Assembly: GCF_006345805.1 (NCBI RefSeq)
Contig: NC_042999.1
Coordinates: forward strand, 155,248,001-155,312,000
Direction of reading: 5' to 3'
DNA from: Octopus sinensis
Lineage: Eukaryota
Length of the DNA stretch: 64,000 bases
Positions within the stretch are counted from its first letter, which is position 1. Each line of letters begins with the position of its first letter. The notes beneath the pieces are model-generated. The model saw only the letters and a program-made list of their open reading frames with translations. It did not search any database and was not told where the DNA came from. A program made the position numbers and the translations under genes. This document shows positions 56,009 to 64,000 of this stretch, in pieces.

Positions 56009-56624
56009 AGGATATTCGCAAGCAAGTTCAAGAAAATAATAGAACTGCCCTTGTGTCTGATAAATTTTGGTTGAATGATAAATTTAGATTTTCAGGTGCC
56101 ATTGGCTTGAAGTTCAAAGACTGTAGTCTATAGAGTCACCCTCACACCATTCGGTGGCATCACAAGACACTACACGAGCATGACGACCAGTGATTTTTAA
56201 TGTAAGGCATACACAGCTCATGCACTCCCTCGGGAGCAGGGATATGAAAACTTCCGTCCCGCTTTACCGGGAGACCCCGCAACCATCAGAATGATTTCCC
56301 AACTTCAAATAGAATACAGTTGACAGTGTCATCTCTACTTACCTGCAACACACAATTGCTAATTCTTCCCTCTTTGGAAACTACACACATTCTACCAAAC
56401 TGCAATCTCCAACAACAGGAAGAATGAACTATCTTAATGTTGCCACCAGAGGTACACTTTGTTAATGAACATTCAGTTTCCGTCTACCAAATCCACACAC
56501 AAGGCTTTGGTCGACCTCAAGTTATAGTAGACGACACTTACCAAAGGTGCCACGTATTGGGACTAAACTTGAAACCATGTGGTTGGGAAGCAAGCTTATA
56601 TATCAAATTCAACGTAAATTGAAT

Positions 56625-56699
<75 letters not shown>

Positions 56700-56981
56700 A
56701 ATATATATATATATATGTATGTATATATATGTATATATATATAAGTGATAGTCTTCTTTTTTACCTAAAACTTTATTCTATTTATTCTTTTATCTACTTT
56801 ATCACTGATTCTTTTGACCACTCCCCTAAGAAAGACAGTTTGCGCCATGCCTACCCCCAAAAAGTCCCCACCACTTTAAATCTGCCTAAATGTATAAATG
56901 CCAAAACTATTCTTGTCACCTAGCTTCCTGATGATTTCTTTTGAATGAAACAGTTCTAGTCCTGTAGAAGCTCCTTTTATA

Positions 56982-57012
<31 letters not shown>

Positions 57013-57253
57013 GATATATATATATATACTATATATATATATATATATAGATATATATATATATATATAATATATATAATATATATAAACAAATCAAATT
57101 GCGATAAAATTAAAATAATTATAATCGCTGGTATTACTAACACAAGCCATATATTTTCATATATCAGTACATTAAGGCGAAATATGTGCTAGGAATACAG
57201 AAGCTTGATAAATTAAGTGAAATGAAGATAAAATCATTTACTAAACCGGTAAT

Positions 57254-57325
57254 TCTCAGACTGCAGTTTCTTTCTTTTCAGCAATAAAGATAATTTATTT
57301 GCTCAGGGAGAATTCTTCAGTGAGA
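57254..57325 (-). ncRNA. Type I hammerhead ribozyme, unit 1
   Basis: Reverse complement: TCTCA-CTGAAGA-ATTCT..AGCAA(..)TTGCT..AGAAA-GAAAC-TGCA-GTC-TGAGA. Confidence 0.78.
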
Positions 57326-57654
57326 CCCTGTTTTTCTGAGATCCTAACTCACTAGAAGCATGTGCTTCTAATGATTTACTCTCCCTAACTAATCATATCA
57401 CTGCGCAGACTCCGAACGTCCCGACAAAACTAGGGAATTCTGGTATATCGCCTGGCGCTCATAATTTATCGAGAAATATGTAAACAAATCAAATTGCGAT
57501 AAAATAAAAATAATTATAATCGCTGGTATTACTAACACAAGCCATATATTTTTCATATATCAGTACATTAAGGCGAAATATGTGCTAGGAGTACAGAAGC
57601 TTGAATTATTGTAAATTAAGTGATGAAGATAAAAACATTTACTAAACCGGTAAT

Positions 57655-57726
57655 TCTCAGACTGCAGTTTCTTTCTTTTCAGCAATAAAGATAATTTATT
57701 TGCTCAGGGAGAATTCTTCAGTGAGA
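57655..57726 (-). ncRNA. Type I hammerhead ribozyme, unit 2 (identical to unit 1)
   Basis: Same motif 401 nt downstream. Confidence 0.78.
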
Positions 57727-58604
57727 CCCTGTTTTTCTGAGATCCTAACTCACTAGAAGCATGTGCTTCTAATAATTTACTCTCCCTAACTAATCATATC
57801 ACTGCGCAGACTCCGAACGTCCCGACAAAACTAGGGAATTCTGGTATATCGCCTGGCGCTCATAATTTATCGAGAAATATGTAAACAAATCAATTGCGAT
57901 AAAATAAAAATAATTATAATCGCTGGTATACTAAACACATAATCATATATCAGTACATTAAGGCGAAAATGTGCTAGGAGTACAGAAATGCTAAATTAAG
58001 TGAAATGAAGATAAACATTACTAAACCGGAATTCTCAGACTGCATCAGCATAAAGATAATTTACTCATTCTCAGTGAGACCCTGTTTTTCTGAGATCCTA
58101 ACCACTAGAAGCATGTGCTTTAATAATTTACTCTCCCTAACTAATATATCACTAGACTCCGAACGTGACCAAAATAGGGAATTCTGGTATATCGCCTGGC
58201 GCTCATAATTTATCGAGAAATATGTAAACAAATCAAATTGGATAAAATAAAAATAATTATAATCGCTGGTATTCTAACACAAGCCATGTATATATATATA
58301 TATAGATATATATATATTATATTATATATCAAATCAGCTACGTTGGAAGTCAACAACGAAGTTTGCTTTAGAAGCGTTGAGATGTATGAAGATACAGAAA
58401 GGAAATAACTTTATTCTCAAACGCAGGATAATGCTAATAATATAGCTAGGAACAAGATAAACTATCCCTATTTTACAGAAAAATCTGTCGGCGGCCAGTG
58501 CTTTACCATTATAAAGCTAGAGTTATATATCCTAGCGACCAGTGCGTTACCATTAGAAAGCTAGTGTTATATATCCTAAATTTGCAAAAGAATTTGTCGT
58601 TCGG

Positions 58605-58643
<39 letters not shown>

Positions 58644-58654
58644 TGTGTGTGTGT

Positions 58655-58693
<39 letters not shown>

Positions 58694-58874
58694 TGTATTT
58701 ATTATAATTATGTAAAAAGAACAATACGAACTACTACAGTAATCCTCCCTTCTCAACAAATGAAATATGTATGTACCTATGGGTATGTTTGTGCGTAAAT
58801 ATATATATGTATATGTGTGTGTGTGTATATACATGTATATATATATATATATATTATATATATATATATTATAT

Positions 58875-58936
<62 letters not shown>

Positions 58937-59212
58937 CCTTTTCATTATATTTCCTATATAACTACAATAATCTTAAGATAGATTGATTATTTAAATTCCA
59001 CTATTATTTCTCTTTTGATAATTTTCTCTTTCCTCTGTTTATACTTTATCTAATAAGAATAATATAATACACCTAATAATAACTGATTCCTTTGTATGCA
59101 CATACATATACATATCAATGTATAGATGTGTATTTATGTGTATTTATGTATATGTATGTGTATGTAAAAATGTGTATATACGTATGTATTTAACCTTATG
59201 AACTTTCTAAAC

Positions 59213-59334
59213 TCTCTGACGAAGCCCAGAGGCACACCCAAGTATCTTAATCTTATCTACCAAATACTTCACTTCTCTGAAAGGATGGAAGTAAAGTGGG
59301 GTACTATGACATCTTAGCTGAAACGGCTGTAAGA
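59213..59334 (+). ncRNA. Type I hammerhead motif with long stem II insertion
   Basis: TCT-CTGACGA-AGC(~90 nt)GCT-GAAAC-GGCT-GTA-AGA. Confidence 0.55.
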
Positions 59335-59543
59335 AACTATTCTACTTTCTATGTTCTACGTTATATATTTTAATAATTACTGGTGTTTTTATATTTTTTA
59401 TATTATATACGTAGAGCATAATATGTTATACATGTATGTATATTGTTATAATTGTTTTTTTAATAAATAAATAAACATAATATAATGTATAAAAGTTGAA
59501 TACCACCTCTTGATCCCCTCCATTTTCTTACTGCCGTATATAC

Positions 59544-59574
<31 letters not shown>

Positions 59575-59819
59575 GTATGATATATATATATATATATATA
59601 TAATATTATATATATATATATATATATTATATTATATATATATATATATTATATATATATATATATATATTGTGAATAGAAAGATGAATAATCTTGTTGC
59701 AGATTAATCAAAAGTTTAACCGATACCTTGGTAGCAAAAATCACAGCAGAAGACAGCACGGTGGAGGTACAACCATATGGTGTTGCAACCGTGCGTTGGT
59801 GCGGATAATTGAATTTTAA

Positions 59820-60243
<424 letters not shown>

Positions 60244-60274
60244 CGTGTATATATATGTATATATATGTATATAG

Positions 60275-60309
<35 letters not shown>

Positions 60310-60314
60310 TGTAT

Positions 60315-60349
<35 letters not shown>

Positions 60350-60360
60350 ATATATGTATG

Positions 60361-60408
<48 letters not shown>

Positions 60409-60593
60409 TGTATGTATGTATGTAGTATCCAATAACCAATGATTTTGTCGCCTTCAACTCACTCTCATTCACATCTGATAAAATTGCTTTTCTAATTCTC
60501 ATTTTTTTTCTTTTTTATTATTTCCTTTTCTTAATGTTAATTGTAAGTTAATCATAAACTTCTGGTTTTTTTTTTTTTTTTTTTTTTTTGCAG

Positions 60594-60737
60594 ATCTAAA
60601 CGAATGTGAAATGGGTTTCCATGACTGTCACGTAAATGCTACCTGCCTGGACACCAAGACAGGCTTCGAGTGTTTGTGTAACGAAGGATTCCTGGGCCGT
60701 GGGACAGGCAAAGTGGCAACTGGTCGAGTATGTCCAG
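60594..60737 (+). CDS. Exon 24; calcium-binding EGF-like domain 1
   Basis: poly-T gcag|; NLNECEMGFHDCHVNATCLDTKTGFECLCNEGFLGRGTGKVATGRVCP; G|gtagaa; six Cys and cbEGF consensus; phase 1-1. Confidence 0.94.
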
Positions 60738-61488
60738 GTAGAATGCATTCAAAGTATTGTTTACTGCCAATTGCGTTGATTCTTGTAAAGAAATTAAGGT
60801 TAATCACAGTGCCCCAGCATGGTCACAGCCCCTGACTGAAACCTGATTAGTCATTAGTTTAAAATTATTTCCTTCTTTCCATGGAGGTTCCTCTTTGTGA
60901 TGCCTTGCAGGCAATCTATGCATTTCCTGACAAGATACCACTAAAATTGTCATACTTTTATAATGTTAAAAATAATTGGTTTCAATATCATCATCACCAT
61001 GATCAGCATCAGCATCAGCAGCAGCAACCGTTCAAGAATTTGAACCTGGAGATCCCCATTTCCAGCGAATTCGAGGCCCACCTCCCAGTGGTGTCGGGCG
61101 TCAACGAAGAGCCCTCGACTACAAGACGACCAAGGTTTTTTTTCAAGGTCTGGGGTCTCCCGCCCTTAAGCCCTAGACCATCACCTAATCACCCTTACCC
61201 GTCTTGTTGCTTAACAACAACAACAGCAGCAGCAACAGGAGCATCGTCATCATCATCGTCATCGTCGTTTTAACGTTCATTTTTCCATGCTTGCATGGGT
61301 CAGACGGAATTTGTCGGGGCAGATTTTTCTGTAGCTGGATGCTTTTCCTGTCGCCAACCCATGACTGGACATATTTTTATGGAAGACTGAAAACGAATGA
61401 CACCGCTTGTATCATGGAGACACAAGTTTGCAACTATCACACGAAAACGATACACAGACATATCTCACACTCATACACATACACAAAT

Positions 61489-61701
61489 GAGGAGGTGATG
61501 AAAAGTTCCTGGCTGTAAGGGTATCGCGAAACGCTTGGCTGGAGGCCCAACCTTCCAAGTTCTTTTACAGGGCTTAGAAAAACTGAAGGACCACTGCAAT
61601 AAGTGTGTGAATCTGAGAGGGGAATATGTTGAATAAAATCATAATTAACTGATCATCCTGTATTTTCTTTTATCCAAAGCCAGGAACTTTTCAGCACCTC
61701 C
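61489..61701. mobile_element. Mariner-derived MITE
   Basis: TIRs GGAGGTGATGAAAAGTTCCTGGCT / AGCCAGGAACTTTTCAGCACCTCC. Confidence 0.75.
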
Positions 61702-61735
61702 ACCCCTCCCCAGTATATACAAGTATTATGCATAT

Positions 61736-61935
61736 ACAGGGTGCGATGAATAAACTGTCGTCTAAATTACGCAAAAATGAAAACACTTACATCTCATTTT
61801 AACAGATATATTTTTCCAAAATTATATTAAAATATCTTGAAATACTAAAGAGTAAATCTATTCAATAAAATCGCCATTGGCTTCAACCACGGCCTCCATA
61901 CGACTTCGGAATTTCCTGAAACTCTTCTGGACGGT
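61736..61935 (-). mobile_element. Tc1-like transposon 3' remnant
   Basis: TACAGGGTG end; minus strand encodes FRSRMEAVVEANGD, like a Tc1 C-terminus. Confidence 0.55.
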
Positions 61936-62447
61936 CTACTAATAGTTTCTAGTTTCTTACCACAAAGGCAAATGGTTAGGCAGGTTTGTATAATGTGCCT
62001 TGTGTCTCCATGACAAGAAGCTATTTGTAACTCTTATCTTATACAGTGCACATTAAATGAGATTTATTTCTCACTGAATGGAGTACATTTTTTGTTGATC
62101 CTACCTCAACGGAACAGTAAATTATATATATATCCGGATGTGCCAGTACACGCGAGCGTGAGACATGGCCGCCCTGACGCACTTCTCACGAGGAATTCCG
62201 GGCAGAGCTTCGTGAGATCAATGCAGAGACACTTCCGGGGAAAAAAAGGAAAGAAAGAAACCGCTGGAAAATCGATTGTAGCAGTAGCTCGATCAATCCA
62301 TAGGAATATCTGAAGAAGAAATTTTATCATCCGAAATATTATATGAGAGTATGGATAATTAAATTACGTCAGTTACTATAGTCCATTGGTGTTATTATAG
62401 TGCATTGTTGTGCCATTCAAAACACATTATTATTATTTATTATTATA

Positions 62448-63013
62448 TTGGGTTGTCCGGAAAGTTCGTGCCGATTTATAGTAGCTTACCTTTCGACTTA
62501 TTTTAGAACATGGTTGAGTCCATAAAATAGGATTTGACTACACCTCCATTTAGAGCATAGTTTAAGCTACCTTTTCGTGTAAGAAGGTTTATGTTCCTAT
62601 AACCTATGTTAATTCTGTAACCTTTTCAAATGGAAGATAAGAAAGTTCATTTTCGGCACTTGATGCTTTGGGAACCAGACAAAAATTGCTGCAGCTCGGC
62701 TGGGATATGTTACCCCACCCTCCATATTCACCAGATATTGCTCCTTCGGATTTCCACTTATTCAGGCCTCTGCAGAATAGTCTTAATGGTAAAAATTTCA
62801 ATTCCTTGGATGACGTAAAAAGATACCTTGATGAATACTTTGCCATGAAAAAACCTCAGTTCTGGGAAGAAGGTATTTTCAAGTTAAAGGAAAGATGGAG
62901 ACGCATTGTGCAACAAAATGGTTCATATTTGGTTGATTAAAAATGTAATGGCAAGTATTTATTGACCTTTTACTTTCCTTTAAAAATCGGCACGAACTTT
63001 CCGGACGACCCAA
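62448..63013 (+). mobile_element. Internally deleted mariner element (566 bp) with TIRs and TA target duplication
   Basis: TIR TTGGGTTGTCCGGAAAGTTCGTGCCGATTT mirrored at 62984-63013; MEDKKVHFRHLMLWE joined to LPHPPYSPDIAPSDFHLF..LKERW. Confidence 0.92.
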
Positions 63014-63234
63014 TATATACACACTATTGCTTCACCACCATTCTGGCCATCTTCATTTATCCCACTTACCTCAAGTATTTGTTAGAGTTTTGATACGTGT
63101 AATATAATTGATACTTTTTAGACTGACATTAAAAGAATAGAATTAACAGAATTCAATAACATATGTTAATTAATATGCAAATGTACTCTGTATATATAAA
63201 CGTTGTATTCATTTCTCGTTACTTCTTTCTGCAG

Positions 63235-63354
63235 ATGACAATGAATGTCGGCTCTCTATGTGTCCATGGTCATCCAGGTGTTACAATTTACCAGGAACAT
63301 TTAAGTGTGTTTGTTATAACGGTTTCAGACAGACGGGGCCAACATCGTGTGAAG
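63235..63354 (+). CDS. Exon 25; calcium-binding EGF-like domain 2 (gene continues beyond window)
   Basis: ttctgcag|; DDNECRLSMCPWSSRCYNLPGTFKCVCYNGFRQTGPTSCE; G|gtattt; phase 1-1. Confidence 0.94.
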
Positions 63355-64000
63355 GTATTTTCCAATGCGTTTTATGAATACAGAATATTTTTTCTAGTTT
63401 TTATTAATACTAGCAGTATCGCCCGGCGTTCCTCGGGTTTGTTTCGACCCTTTAGAATTGGAATTTTTGAAAAGTAAAAGTTTTGCATTATGTAGCTTGT
63501 TATTCTCTTTAAGTGAACATTTTTCTTGTTGAAATACACCGAAAAAAGCACCTTTTTGATGTAAAAAATTCTTGGTCTTAACATGGTCCGATTTGAATTT
63601 TTTTTCTTCCACGGAAGGAAGAGCAAGCCTTCTTCTATCATAATCTCAATTTTGGTTAACTTGCGCCGCAGGGTCTCGGAGGAGATAGTGTTAATTGAAG
63701 GCTACCAAACCTGCCATACACAGACAACTTCAGCTTTATATAGAGAGAGATTTAGCAGAAACAACAGAGTGGTTCAAGGGACAAGAGTGTCGTGTGTTAG
63801 CACTTACCAAACCAACACACGAAACTCTCGCACTTTGAGTCACTTTGTTGCTTCTGCTAAATATTAATAATGCGTATGTAATTATTTCTTTATTGCCCAC
63901 AGGGGGCAAACAAAAACAAAGGGGTTAAGTCGATTACATCGACCCCAGTGCGTAAATAGTACTTATTTAATCGACCCCGAAAGGATGAAAGGCAAAGTCG

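Larger units (their letters stand above)
57085..58288 (-). repeat. Tandem array of ~400-bp units (3 units plus ~60 bp) carrying hammerhead motifs; retrozyme-like
   Basis: Unit starts (AACAAATCAAATTGCGATAAAA) near 57087, 57483, 57884 and 58226; flanked by (TA)n. Confidence 0.9.

Noticed and set aside
62668-62940. Mariner ORF as a functional transposase or SETMAR-like fusion exon
   Set aside because: Lacks the DNA-binding region and first catalytic residues; exons 24 and 25 join in phase without it
63410-63750. Possible Helitron/Helentron-type non-autonomous element (also 48390-48775)
   Set aside because: Only vague terminal resemblance; no second copy or diagnostic hairpin confirmed

Overview
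AT-rich, microsatellite-dense eukaryotic DNA; the SINE and microsatellite landscape suggests an octopod cephalopod (inference, not verified). The whole window lies inside one + strand gene, with neither start nor stop codon visible. I reconstructed 25 exons by hand (3879 nt, about 1290 aa). All junction phases are compatible; 23 introns are GT-AG and one is GC-AG. The protein is extracellular and Cys-rich: the end of one plus six complete tandem ~180-206 aa Caspr/neurexin-IV/axotactin-type fibrinogen-like modules, then two calcium-binding EGF domains. The introns hold three tRNA-like SINE families, R4/Dong-like RLE LINE fragments next to microsatellites, Penelope-like pieces, a decayed hAT, mariner/Tc1 elements and many foldback inverted repeats. 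They also hold about 10-15 type I hammerhead ribozyme motifs, including a ~400-bp tandem array with a hammerhead in each of its two intact units that looks like a retrozyme. Exon and ribozyme coordinates were counted by hand; repeat boundaries are approximate.
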